DNA of 64,000 bases, from NCBI GenBank assembly GCA_958296135.2, contig CATQHZ020000001.1, positions 1,728,001 to 1,792,000 of the forward strand. The letters are read 5' to 3'. Shown piece after piece: positions 50,514 to 60,398 of the stretch (positions are counted from its first letter, which is position 1; each line of letters begins with the position of its first letter). The position numbers were made by a program, and so were the translations under genes. The notes under the pieces were generated by a model. The model saw only the letters and a program-made list of their open reading frames with translations. It was not told the origin of the DNA and made no database searches. This stretch comes from an uncultured Poribacteria bacterium (lineage in GTDB: Bacteria > Poribacteria > WGA-4E > WGA-3G).

Positions 50514-53003
50514 CTACTTCCGAATCAGCATCTTTTTCGTTGCGATGAAATCTCCGGCCTGCAGCGTGTAGAAATACACGCCGCTTGCAACCGGTTCTCC
50601 TTGCGCATTGCGGCCATCCCAATACGCGGCGCGGGACTTGCCCGAATATACGCCCGCCGGAACTTGGCCCAACTCCAAGGTGCGTACCAGTTTCCCATCC
50701 GATGCGTGAATCCTGACGGTGACTTCTGCAGCCTGTGCCAATGCATACGGTATCCACGTTTCCGGGTTAAACGGATTCGGATAGTTGGCAAGCAGCGCGG
50801 TTTGTTTCGGGGTCAAGCGTGCAAGGAGCTGCTGCAGCACGGCGATGCCGCGTTGATACGCAGGGTTTGCGCTGTCCAGCCGTTGCGCCTGCGCGAGCCA
50901 CTGTTGCACTTCAGCAGCAGTGAACCCCTCAAGGCCTTCTGGATGTCGGGAAGGCGCACCGGCCGCGTCTACTATCGCCGCTGCAATCAACAATAAATCT
51001 GCAGCATCAACCACGCCATCGCCGTTTACATCCGCACTATTTTGGCCTGTCTCCCCGAGTCGCAATGCGGCCTGACTCAGATCTCCAAAGTCGACCACGC
51101 CATCGCCGTTGATATCTGCGGCGATGTGTTCCTGTGTGGGTGCAGACGGTGCAATGTCCCAGAGGAGCACGGTGCCATCCAGACTCGCACTTGCGAGTGT
51201 GGTGCCATCTGGGCTGAACGCAACGCTCAAGACATCGTACGTATGTCCGGTGAGTGTTTGGCGTGTGTCGCCGGTGGCGACATCCCACAGCCGGATGGTT
51301 CTGTCCCGACTCGCACTTGCGAGTGTGGTGCCATCGGGGCTGAACGCAACGCTAGTGACACCGTCCGTATGTCCGGTGAGTGTGTTTAGTGTGTTGCCGG
51401 TGGCCACATCCCACAGCCGGACGGTGGTGTCCCCACTCCCACTTGCGAGTGTGTTTCCATCCGGGCTGAACGCAACGCTAGTGACACCGTCCGTATGGCC
51501 GCCGAGTGTGTTTAGTGTGTCGCCGGTGACCACATCCCACAGCCGGACGGTGGTGTCCCCACTCCCACTTGCGAGTGTGTTTCCATCCGGGCTGAACGCA
51601 ACGCTAATGACATGGGACGTATGTCCGGTGAGTGTGTTTAGTGTGTCGCCGGTGACCACATCCCACAGCCGGAGGGTTCTGTCCGAACTCGCACTTGCGA
51701 GTGTGTTTCCATCCGGGCTGAACGCAACGCTAGTGACATAGTCCGTATGGCCGGTGAGTGTTTGGCGTGTGTCGCCGGTGGCCACATCCCACAGACGAAT
51801 GGTGTCCCAACTGTCACTTGCGAGTGTGGTGCCATCGGGGCTGAACGCAACGCTAGAGCCCCCGACGGTGAGAGTTTGGCGTATGTCGCCGGTGGCCACA
51901 TCCCACAGCCGGACGGTGGAGTCCCCACTACTACGTGCGAGCGTGGTGCCATCAGGGCTGAACGCAACGCTAGTGACACCGCCCGTATGTCCGGTGAGTG
52001 TGTTTAGTGTGTCGCCGGTGACCACATCCCACAGACGGATGGTGCTGTCCCAACGCCCACCACTTGCGAGTGTGTTTCCATCGGGGCTGAACGCAACGCT
52101 CCAGATAGTGTCCGTATGTCCGGTGAGTGTGTTTAGTGTGTCGCCGGTGGCCACATCCCACAGCCGGACGGTGGTGTCCCCACTCCCACTTGCGAGTGTG
52201 TTTCCATCCGGGCTGAACGCAACGCTCAAGACAGCGTCCGTAAGGACGGTGAGTGTGTTTAGTGTATCGCCGGTGGCGACATCCCACAGACGGATGGTTT
52301 TGTCATTCCAACCCCCACCACTTGCGAGTGTGTTTCCATCCGGGCTGAACGCAACGCTATTGACACCGCCCGTATGGCCGGTGAGAGTATGGCGTGTGTC
52401 GCCGGTGGCGACATCCCACAGACGGATGGTTTTGTCATTCCAACCCCCACCACTTGCGAGTGTGTTTCCATCCGGGCTGAACGCAACGCTCTCGACAACG
52501 TGCGTATGTCCGGTGAGTGTGTTTAGTGTGTCGCCGGTGACCACATCCCACAGCCGGACGGTGGTGTCATGACTGCCACTTGCGAGTGTGTTTCCATCCG
52601 GGCTGAACGCAACGCTATAGACAGCACTGGTATGTCCGGTGAGTGTGTTTAGTGTGTCGCCGGTGGCCACATCCCACACACGGACGGTTCTGTCCCCACT
52701 CCCACTTGCGAGTGTGTTTCCATCGGGGCTGAACGCAACGCTAGAGACACCGCCCGTATGCCCGGTGAGCAGTGCCACTTCTTGGTAGGTTGCGGTATCG
52801 TAGAGCCAAATCCCGATGGAACTTGCAACCGCAAGCAGGGTGCCATCGGGAGAATACGCAATCTCGGTGATGTTGCCTTTGCCGAGGCGTAAGGTGGCCC
52901 CTTCGGGTAATCCCAACCGCTGGTAATCTTGGGCGGTGGCGGGTGTCAGTGCCATCGTGGCGGTTAATAGCAGGGTTAAGGTTAAAAGCGTTAATGTTTT
53001 CAT
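50514..53003 (-). CDS. Secreted WD40-repeat protein (14 repeats) with dockerin-like and FlgD/T9SS-CTD-like C-terminal domains
   Basis: Signal peptide; 14 x SPDG repeats; ADINGDGVVD and ADVNGDGVVD; LLANYPNPFNPETWIPY...WDGRN..GE.VASGVYFY. Confidence 0.92.
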   Translation of the reverse strand: MKTLTLLTLTLLLTATMALTPATAQDYQRLGLPEGATLRLGKGNITEIAYSPDGTLLAVASSIGIWLYDTATYQEVALLTGHTGGVSSVAFSPDGNTLASGSGDRTVRVWDVATGDTLNTLTGHTSAVYSVAFSPDGNTLASGSHDTTVRLWDVVTGDTLNTLTGHTHVVESVAFSPDGNTLASGGGWNDKTIRLWDVATGDTRHTLTGHTGGVNSVAFSPDGNTLASGGGWNDKTIRLWDVATGDTLNTLTVLTDAVLSVAFSPDGNTLASGSGDTTVRLWDVATGDTLNTLTGHTDTIWSVAFSPDGNTLASGGRWDSTIRLWDVVTGDTLNTLTGHTGGVTSVAFSPDGTTLARSSGDSTVRLWDVATGDIRQTLTVGGSSVAFSPDGTTLASDSWDTIRLWDVATGDTRQTLTGHTDYVTSVAFSPDGNTLASASSDRTLRLWDVVTGDTLNTLTGHTSHVISVAFSPDGNTLASGSGDTTVRLWDVVTGDTLNTLGGHTDGVTSVAFSPDGNTLASGSGDTTVRLWDVATGNTLNTLTGHTDGVTSVAFSPDGTTLASASRDRTIRLWDVATGDTRQTLTGHTYDVLSVAFSPDGTTLASASLDGTVLLWDIAPSAPTQEHIAADINGDGVVDFGDLSQAALRLGETGQNSADVNGDGVVDAADLLLIAAAIVDAAGAPSRHPEGLEGFTAAEVQQWLAQAQRLDSANPAYQRGIAVLQQLLARLTPKQTALLANYPNPFNPETWIPYALAQAAEVTVRIHASDGKLVRTLELGQVPAGVYSGKSRAAYWDGRNAQGEPVASGVYFYTLQAGDFIATKKMLIRK

Positions 53004-53019
53004 TGGATTTCTCCTTTTG

Positions 53020-53102
53020 GGTATCGGGACAAGATGTCCCGCCTACTGTCGAGACCAGAGGTCTCTCCTACTGAAGTATCGGGACCAGAGGGCCCTCCTA
53101 CT
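53020..53102. repeat. Three tandem REP-like palindromes (family D)
   Basis: GTATCGGGAC..GTCCCGCCTACT, GTCGAGACC..GGTCTCTCCTACT, GTATCGGGACC..GGCCCTCCTACT; a reverse copy lies at 12238-12265. Confidence 0.7.
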
Positions 53103-53291
53103 GAGTTGTGGACAGGCACGGTGCCGGTCCATCTCTTTGTCTGTCTCGGTTTGCGGCAAATCGCGATTGGGAGATCGCGCCTACCATCATGTTTATATGT
53201 ACTATGCATGAAAATGCAAATGTTGTCAAGATTTTTACGGATGGATAGAGACATCTGTCCTTACAAGGTGCATCAGAGAAAAATTAACCCC

Positions 53292-53320
53292 TTGACACAA
53301 AATCGTAAACGTGCTATAAT
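53292..53320 (+). promoter_or_regulatory. Sigma-70 promoter
   Basis: Perfect TTGACA-N17-TATAAT with extended TG. Confidence 0.75.
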
Positions 53321-53354
53321 TCTGCATATCCTGAATAAGGAGAGGAGGCGCGTT

Positions 53355-54392
53355 ATGGAAACCCCCACATATCGCACGGCAATTGTTGGCGGCAGGCGCG
53401 GTGTCCACCATGCACGATGCTACGCCGGTATTGAAAACATGCAGGTGACTGCCATCTGCGAGATTGATGAAGAACGGCTGAAAACCGCTGTCGCCGAACT
53501 GAACGTCAACGGGTATACCGACTACGCCGAGATGTTGAAGATAGAACAGCCCGACATTGTCCACGCCGTGACAGAACCGACGGTGCCGCGGCACATCTGG
53601 GTGGAGCCCGCTGCTGCGGCAGGCGTTAAAGCGTTGGTGATTGAAAAACCGCTCGCGCTGCGTCCGAAGGAAGCGGATGCGCTCGCCGCCGCGCACGAAA
53701 GGACAGGATTGAAGATTATCGTCAACCATCAACGCCGGTATCTCCCTTTCGCCGAGAAGTTGCTGGAATTTTTCGCCGAAGACAGCCTCGGCGACATGCA
53801 CTTCATTCGCGCATGCACGGAAGGCGACATCACCGATATGGATACGCATTTGATGGATGTCGTGCTTTTCGCCCTTCAGGACATTCCTATCACGCATGTA
53901 TGGGGGAGCGTTGAGGGAGCAGAAACTTATCACATTCCGAATCGGAATTGCCCGGTGAATCTGAACGCTATCTATACCTTTGAAAACGGCACGCGCGTCT
54001 TTTTTGAATCGGCGCGCAAAGCGTTCGGCACCGTCGATTTTCCCGGCAGCAATCCGAGATGTAACCTCGATTTTTGGGGAACGAAGGGACGCATGTGGTG
54101 GCGCGAAAACGGTTCCTGGGGGTATCATCTCGATGGCATGGCGCATCCGTTCGTTGAGAAGACGCACTTCGGCGAAGACGACAAATTTGGACAGAAGGCA
54201 TTTACGCAAGCCATCGCTATATGGCTCGATGACGAGAATCAGCCGCACCGCAACAGGCTAGAATTCGCATTGCTCGGATTCGAGCTTATCATGGCGGCGT
54301 ATCGTTCCGCCCTCATTGGAGAACGCATCGCCTGGCCCCCGAAACTCTCCGATGCGGAATGGGTGGCACTCAGAAATCGGATAATCGGATAA
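53355..54392 (+). CDS. Gfo/Idh/MocA oxidoreductase
   Basis: GGAGG RBS; AIVGG, IEKPL, NHQRRY, DTHLMD. Confidence 0.88.
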   Translation: METPTYRTAIVGGRRGVHHARCYAGIENMQVTAICEIDEERLKTAVAELNVNGYTDYAEMLKIEQPDIVHAVTEPTVPRHIWVEPAAAAGVKALVIEKPLALRPKEADALAAAHERTGLKIIVNHQRRYLPFAEKLLEFFAEDSLGDMHFIRACTEGDITDMDTHLMDVVLFALQDIPITHVWGSVEGAETYHIPNRNCPVNLNAIYTFENGTRVFFESARKAFGTVDFPGSNPRCNLDFWGTKGRMWWRENGSWGYHLDGMAHPFVEKTHFGEDDKFGQKAFTQAIAIWLDDENQPHRNRLEFALLGFELIMAAYRSALIGERIAWPPKLSDAEWVALRNRIIG

Positions 54393-54490
54393 TTTGATTT
54401 TTGCGAGGGACAGGTTTTCCCTCGCGCTACGATTGGGTGCTGGTAGGCGCGGTTTCAAACCGCGCCTACCGAACAAAATAGGAGACAAAT

Positions 54491-55297
54491 ATGCTCAACC
54501 AAGCAAAAGTGGAAGCATTCCGCGAGAAAGGCTTTCTACTCGGAAGTCGCGTGTTAAGTGACGAGCAAGTCGATGAATTGCGAGCAGAATTATCGCGCGT
54601 GATTGACGACTACGAGAAAACGGATATCCCGCAGCCGGTGCGCATCGCGAACCTCGGCGGGAAGGCAGAGAGCCCCGTCTGGCAAATCGTCAATATCTGG
54701 GAGGCGAGCCCAGCCTACCATCAACTCATCTACAACCCGCGCATCGTCGAAGAAATTGGGCAATTGACTGCGGCAACCGAACTGCGCGTTTGGCACGACC
54801 AGGTGCAATATAAACCGCCGGAAGTCGGCGGCGTTAACATGTGGCATCAGGATTCGCCGTACTGGCCGATTCTCACGCCGAAAACGAGTCAGGTGACTGC
54901 CTGGGTCGCGCTGGACGATGTCGATGAAAGCAACGGGTGCATGCGCATGGTGCCTGGCTCCTATCACTGGGGGAACCAGATTCCCTTTCTGCATAGCGTC
55001 AAAGACATTGACACTATGCCGGAACGCTTTGAGGCGCACGCGTTGGACGTGGAACTTTGCCCGGTGCCGAAAGGACATGTCCATTATCACCACTCGTTGA
55101 CGTGGCACGGTTCTCACGACAACACGAGCGGCAGTCCGCGGCGTGCTATCGCGGTGCATTACATGACGAACGAAACCCTCTACGATGAGAGCGGCAATCA
55201 CGTCATGAAGCCCTTTGTCACCGTCAAAAACGGCGATAAATTGGCAGGAGACCATTTTCCGCTCGTTATGGATACAGGGGTGCCGATTGGCGCGTAA
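54491..55297 (+). CDS. PhyH-family dioxygenase
   Basis: EKGF, WHQD (HxD), NGCMRMVPGS, WHGS..N....RRA. Confidence 0.92.
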   Translation: MLNQAKVEAFREKGFLLGSRVLSDEQVDELRAELSRVIDDYEKTDIPQPVRIANLGGKAESPVWQIVNIWEASPAYHQLIYNPRIVEEIGQLTAATELRVWHDQVQYKPPEVGGVNMWHQDSPYWPILTPKTSQVTAWVALDDVDESNGCMRMVPGSYHWGNQIPFLHSVKDIDTMPERFEAHALDVELCPVPKGHVHYHHSLTWHGSHDNTSGSPRRAIAVHYMTNETLYDESGNHVMKPFVTVKNGDKLAGDHFPLVMDTGVPIGA

Positions 55298-55512
55298 AGG
55301 AATTCTGTCTTTAGCAGTGTGTTTGATAACGGAACGAGATGCAAGGAGATTTACCGCCATACATCTGTCATTGACGTTGTCAACGACACCGTTTTTGAAG
55401 AATCAAGAAGGCAGCAACTAGGAACGACGTGGCAGTTCTACGTAGTGTGACGTTGCTGCGTCAAGAACCTTGAACGAACGCTTTGCGCCACTACAAAAAT
55501 AGGAGGAAAAAC

Positions 55513-57147
55513 ATGAAAGTTGTTGACGCAGTTGCGAAAGTCCTGAAAGCGGAAGGCGTAGAATACCTCTTCGCTTATCCCGTGAACCCGATAATTGAAG
55601 CGGCGGCGAAATTAGACATCCGGCCCATCATCGTCCGGCAGGAACGCATCGGACTGCACATGGCAGACGCGATGAGCCGAATGACTTCTGGACAGCAGAT
55701 CGGCGTGTTCTGCATGCAGAGCGGCCCCGGCTCCGAAAATGCGTTCGGCGGCGTTGCGCAGGCATACGGCGACTCCGCACCGATTGTCGTGCTACCGATG
55801 GGCTACTCGCGTGGGTTGACTCAGATTCAACCGAACTTCAATGCCGCTTTGAACTATCGGCATGTCACGAAATCTTGTGAGCAAGTGATGTTGCCTGAGG
55901 CGGTGCCAGAAGCACTGCGGCGCGCTTTCACACAAGCACGGAACGGGAGGCCGCGGCCCGCGCTCGTTGAATTTCCATCGGATTTGTTCGGCGAGGAAAT
56001 CCCTGACTCGTTTGATCCGACTCCGGTGCCAACAGCGCGCTACGGCCCTGATAGTGCATCACTTGCGGCGGCGGCAGACGCACTGCTGGCAGCCGAATGC
56101 CCTGTCATTTACGCAGGGCAAGGTGTCCATTACGCGCAGGCGTGGGATTCGCTGAAGGAATTGGCGGAACTTCTCGCTGCGCCAGTAACGACAAGCCTCG
56201 GCGGGAAAAGTGCTTTTCCGGAAAATCATCCGTTAGCACTCGGCTCCGGCGGGCGGGCTATTCCAAAGCCCGTGCATGACTACCTCCAAAAATCAGACTT
56301 GATTCTGGGCATCGGCTGCAGCTTCACCCGCACCGGTTTCGGAGTCAGGATACCGGCAGGGAAACGCGTTATCCACGCGACGTTGGACCCGGCGGATATC
56401 AACAAAGATGTCCCCGTTGAAATTGCCCTCGTCGGCGATGCGGGTTTAATTTTAGCGGGGTTAGTCGCAGCGGTTCGCGAACGTTCTGGCGGCGCATCGG
56501 AAGCCCGCACCGCGGCGGTAACGGAAGATATTAAGGCGATTAAGACGGAATGGCTGGAAAAGTGGATGCCTAAACTCTCCTCCGATGTTGTGCCGATGAC
56601 ACCGTATCGTGTTATTTGGGACATGATGCGCACCGTGGATGTCGCCAACACGATTATCACGCACGATGCGGGGAGCCCCCGCGATCAGTTGTCGCCGTTC
56701 TGGCAGTCCATCACGCCGCTCTCCTACATTGGTTGGGGGAAGACGACGCAGCTCGGTTACGGGCTCGGCCTCGCGATGGGCGCGAAACTGGCTAAGCCGG
56801 ATAAACTCTGTATCAACGTCTGGGGCGATGCCGCCATCGGGTTTACCGGCATGGACTTCGAGACGGCCGTGCGCGAACGCATCCCGATTTTGTCCGTGCT
56901 TTTCAACAATTTCTCAATGGCTATTGAGATTCCGATTATGCCGGTGTCTACCGAAAAGTATCGCTGCACCGACATCTCTGGCAATTATGCGGACATGGCG
57001 AAGGCGTTCGGTGGCTACGGCGAGCGCGTGGAAACGCCGGACCAGATTGTGCCGGCTCTCCAGCGCGGCATCCAGAAGACGCAAGAAGGCGTTCCCGCGC
57101 TGTTAGAATTTATCACGGCGAAGGAAATCCAAATTTCTACGTTCTGA
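55513..57147 (+). CDS. Thiamine pyrophosphate-dependent enzyme (acetolactate synthase-like family)
   Basis: RQERIG.HMADA, SGPG, YAGQGV, WGDAAIG...NN TPP motif. Confidence 0.92.
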   Translation: MKVVDAVAKVLKAEGVEYLFAYPVNPIIEAAAKLDIRPIIVRQERIGLHMADAMSRMTSGQQIGVFCMQSGPGSENAFGGVAQAYGDSAPIVVLPMGYSRGLTQIQPNFNAALNYRHVTKSCEQVMLPEAVPEALRRAFTQARNGRPRPALVEFPSDLFGEEIPDSFDPTPVPTARYGPDSASLAAAADALLAAECPVIYAGQGVHYAQAWDSLKELAELLAAPVTTSLGGKSAFPENHPLALGSGGRAIPKPVHDYLQKSDLILGIGCSFTRTGFGVRIPAGKRVIHATLDPADINKDVPVEIALVGDAGLILAGLVAAVRERSGGASEARTAAVTEDIKAIKTEWLEKWMPKLSSDVVPMTPYRVIWDMMRTVDVANTIITHDAGSPRDQLSPFWQSITPLSYIGWGKTTQLGYGLGLAMGAKLAKPDKLCINVWGDAAIGFTGMDFETAVRERIPILSVLFNNFSMAIEIPIMPVSTEKYRCTDISGNYADMAKAFGGYGERVETPDQIVPALQRGIQKTQEGVPALLEFITAKEIQISTF

Positions 57148-57328
57148 TGAGGTGTTGGGCTTAAAAACATAAGCGGTTAATTCGGACCGGCGGGCGGATC
57201 TGAACGACAGGTGCAACGCGCGCGGAGACGCTGCACGCCGCCCGTGAAATCGTCCGATTTAATGCGAGCCCAACCTATTGTATTGGCGGGCTCTCCCGAG
57301 CCCGCATTCACATATAGGAGGATACACG

Positions 57329-58096
57329 ATGAAATCCGCTATTACGATTTTCCTCATAGCCGCCTTGAGTATTGCCAACGTATGGGCACTCAACGATGAC
57401 AAGGCACTGATGCTCTATTTCACGTTTGACGAAGGGGCCGGTGCCACGGCAGCCGATGTCAGCGGCAATAATCTTGAAGGCACTCTTGAAGGCGCGACCT
57501 GGTCAAAAGATGGAAAGATCGGCGGCTGCGTCTACCTTGAAGACTCTGAAACGTTTGTCGAAGTGGCGGCGGTTCCCGAGTTAGACATCACCGATGAACT
57601 GACGATTCAGGCGTGGTTTTTCCCGGAAGAATCGCAGGGAGATTCCAATCTGATGGGCCGTAGAAGCGCGGCGAACGTCGGCGGTTATTGTCTCCAATGG
57701 AGCGCGCAGTTTACCGGTGCCCCGCAGATCGAGACGTGGATTAACATCGGTGGATGGCAAGGTTCGCGAAACAAGCAGACTATCAAGCCGGCATTAGAGG
57801 AATGGCATCACGTCGCCTCTACCTACGATGGCGACATGATTCGCCAGTATATTGATGGCAAGTTGGATGTCGAATTCAAGCCGCCGAACGGTAAGATTAA
57901 CAGCATCGAGGTAGTCTTTCGTATTGGCAAGGCGCAGACAGGGCTTCCCGGCATGGTAGGTTCTGTCGATGAAGTCGCTATCTACAACCGCGCCCTCACC
58001 GCTGAGGAGATTAATCAAGATCTGAACAACGGCGTTTACTTTGCCGTATCCCCCGGCGGCAAGTTGGCGACGACGTGGGGCGATTTGAAACGGTAG
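57329..58096 (+). CDS. Secreted LamG domain protein
   Basis: AGGAGG RBS; signal peptide; YFTFDEG, WHHVASTYDG, DEVAIYNRAL; C-terminal AVSPGGKLATTWGDLKR. Confidence 0.9.
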   Translation: MKSAITIFLIAALSIANVWALNDDKALMLYFTFDEGAGATAADVSGNNLEGTLEGATWSKDGKIGGCVYLEDSETFVEVAAVPELDITDELTIQAWFFPEESQGDSNLMGRRSAANVGGYCLQWSAQFTGAPQIETWINIGGWQGSRNKQTIKPALEEWHHVASTYDGDMIRQYIDGKLDVEFKPPNGKINSIEVVFRIGKAQTGLPGMVGSVDEVAIYNRALTAEEINQDLNNGVYFAVSPGGKLATTWGDLKR

Positions 58097-58171
58097 AGAG
58101 AGCGGCGGATGTTGATTCCGCCGGTTCTCCAAACTCATTGACAGTATCCCTGTCCCAAAAGGAGAACACGC

Positions 58172-58963
58172 ATGAAAACCTATCTTATGCGAATGCTCAT
58201 CGTTTCCGTGATGAGTTTATCGATCTGCCAGATCGGTTTCGCAGCAGGTGGAAAAGGCAACGTCAAGCAACTTAAGGAGCAGCTGTACATCTGGCACTTT
58301 GACGAAGGGAAAGGGAAAGAGACGCGGGACGCGACCGCGGGGTTAGTCGGCGAATTCAACGGCGATGTGGAGTGGGCTGAAGGCATATCGGGGAACGCTG
58401 TGCAGATCGCGGGTTCCGTCGGCAAAGCCGCTTTCGTAGAAGTGCCTCACTCTGATGAGGTGGACATTGACGAAGCCATCACAATGATGGCGTGGATTTA
58501 CCCGGACGAACTCCCCGCGGGCGGCCAGGAAAACAAGTTCACTATCTTTTACAAGAACACCTATTACCTCCAGATCGAACCGGGAGAAGGGCAGCTCGCC
58601 TACTACTTTTACGACACCACTGCCCCCGGTTACCACATTTCTGACGGTAAAGTGAAAGCCGAAGCGTGGACGCACGTCGCATTGGTATGGGATGGGACTG
58701 AGGCGCAGTTCTATATCAACGGTGAGTCCGCTGGGAAGCCTATTGCACAGAAGGGGCCCGGCCGGAGCATGCCGGACAAAACTTTGCGATTTGGCGGTGA
58801 GAATAATGGATGTTGTCCCCGTTTTTTTCAGGGCCGCCTTGATGAGATAAGGCTCGCCAACTATCCGCTTGCTGCGGCGGATATCCGGAAGAGCATCGAT
58901 GAGACGCTCGCCGTTTCCGCGCGCGGCAAACTTGCGACGACGTGGGGTGATTTGAAACGGTAG
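58172..58963 (+). CDS. Secreted LamG domain protein
   Basis: Signal peptide; WHFDEG, WTHVALVWDG, YING, GRLDEIR; C-terminal AVSARGKLATTWGDLKR. Confidence 0.9.
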   Translation: MKTYLMRMLIVSVMSLSICQIGFAAGGKGNVKQLKEQLYIWHFDEGKGKETRDATAGLVGEFNGDVEWAEGISGNAVQIAGSVGKAAFVEVPHSDEVDIDEAITMMAWIYPDELPAGGQENKFTIFYKNTYYLQIEPGEGQLAYYFYDTTAPGYHISDGKVKAEAWTHVALVWDGTEAQFYINGESAGKPIAQKGPGRSMPDKTLRFGGENNGCCPRFFQGRLDEIRLANYPLAAADIRKSIDETLAVSARGKLATTWGDLKR

Positions 58964-59201
58964 GCAGGGCGCGTACGTGTGGTTTCAGCCTTTGAAACGC
59001 GCGCTCGCCTTGCACCTGTAAGGGCGGATTTCTATATCCGCCCTCCCCGCGCCTGCAATACCAAATGAGGTTGATTCGTCTTGCTAATGTAGGTGGAGAC
59101 TCGCCAGCGCTTGACCTGGGCGGAAAAGGTAGACTTCATGAAACAGATGATGCCTACCCCTGTGCCCTCCTTTAGGGGTATAATGTTTATAGGAGAAAAC
59201 A

Positions 59202-60398
59202 GTGCGAGAAATGACAAACACCAGACCCCCGAATATGCAAATCGTGGCGCAGAATTTCGGTCCGATTGAAAAGGCGGAGATACCCCTTCGGCCGTTAACC
59301 ATCTTTGTCGGTGAGAGTAACACCGGCAAGACGTATCTCTCTACGCTCATCTTTGCGCTACACCGCGCTTGTGAGTTACAGCAGAAGGCAGCAGAAAAGT
59401 ACCGTGACGTTTTTAGGGAGGAACTCAAACGGTGCTTTGGGGTTGCATCCTTGTCAGAACTGATACGCTTCACTGGCAACTCTTGTGATGAGATGAAAAT
59501 CGCGCTGCGGTGCTGTGCAGACACTCGAACAGATTGGGGGTTTCACCTCCATGCCTCCGAAGGCGGTATCACAATTGATGGCGATGCTTTCGCCGCTGCA
59601 CACCGGCTTTGTGCAGCGGCGGAACATGGACAGAACCGGGCGTATTACTTGCCAGCGGGCCGGCGCGGTATCATGCAGACGCACGCAGCGATTGTCGGAT
59701 CCCACAACGGGGCATCCCAGAAACAAATCCTGCCATCGGGAACTACGGGACTCTTAACGGACTTCCTCCAGCCGCTCGTCGGGTATCAGGAACGGAATGG
59801 GGCGGCGGACGAGATGCCTCGTATCGCCGAAGCATTAGAAACTGAGGTGCTGCGAGGTGCAATAGAAAGGAAACGTCCAATTCCAGAGGGGTATCCGGAA
59901 TTTCATTATCGGCCTCAGCAGGAGGCGCGGGCGATTCGGCTCAGTGAAGCCTCTTCGATGGTGTCGGAACTTGCGCCGCTCGTGCTGTTCCTGCGGCATG
60001 CTGTGCGTCCGGGAGATCTGCTCATCATTGAAGAGCCGGAGGCACACCTGCATCCCGCCGCTCAGGATAAATTAGCCTACACGTTTGCGCGATTAATCCG
60101 CGCAGGCGTGCGCGTGATGGTGACAACACACAGCGACTGGTTCCTCCAGCGGCTCGGAATCCTAATTCGCGAAGGCGAAGTGATGAAACTTGGAAAGAGC
60201 ATCACGGAACCGGTGAATTGGCTGGTGAAGGAAGAGGTTGGCACCTGGTGGTTCCGCCGCAATGAGCCAGTGGTGGAAATCCCGTTCAATCGTGCTAACG
60301 GGATAGAGCCGCAGGATTACTACGATGTTGCTGATGAACTCTATAACGGGGCCGCTGGACTTCAATACCTGCTTCAGGAAGAGGAAACAACTCGGTGA
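59202..60398 (+). CDS. ABC-type (AAA_15/AAA_21-like) ATPase
   Basis: NFGPI, GESNTGKT Walker A, SSMVSELAP signature region, IIEEPEAHLHP, TTHS. Confidence 0.88.
   Translation: MREMTNTRPPNMQIVAQNFGPIEKAEIPLRPLTIFVGESNTGKTYLSTLIFALHRACELQQKAAEKYRDVFREELKRCFGVASLSELIRFTGNSCDEMKIALRCCADTRTDWGFHLHASEGGITIDGDAFAAAHRLCAAAEHGQNRAYYLPAGRRGIMQTHAAIVGSHNGASQKQILPSGTTGLLTDFLQPLVGYQERNGAADEMPRIAEALETEVLRGAIERKRPIPEGYPEFHYRPQQEARAIRLSEASSMVSELAPLVLFLRHAVRPGDLLIIEEPEAHLHPAAQDKLAYTFARLIRAGVRVMVTTHSDWFLQRLGILIREGEVMKLGKSITEPVNWLVKEEVGTWWFRRNEPVVEIPFNRANGIEPQDYYDVADELYNGAAGLQYLLQEEETTR

Noticed and set aside
49561-50757. 398-aa minus-strand ORF
   Set aside because: Translation of the REP mosaic plus an alternate frame of the WD40 gene end; low-complexity Arg/Gly/Pro content and no RBS.
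51160-52870. Diversity-generating retroelement template/variable repeats
   Set aside because: No reverse transcriptase in the window, and all repeats are in-frame WD40 units within a single gene.
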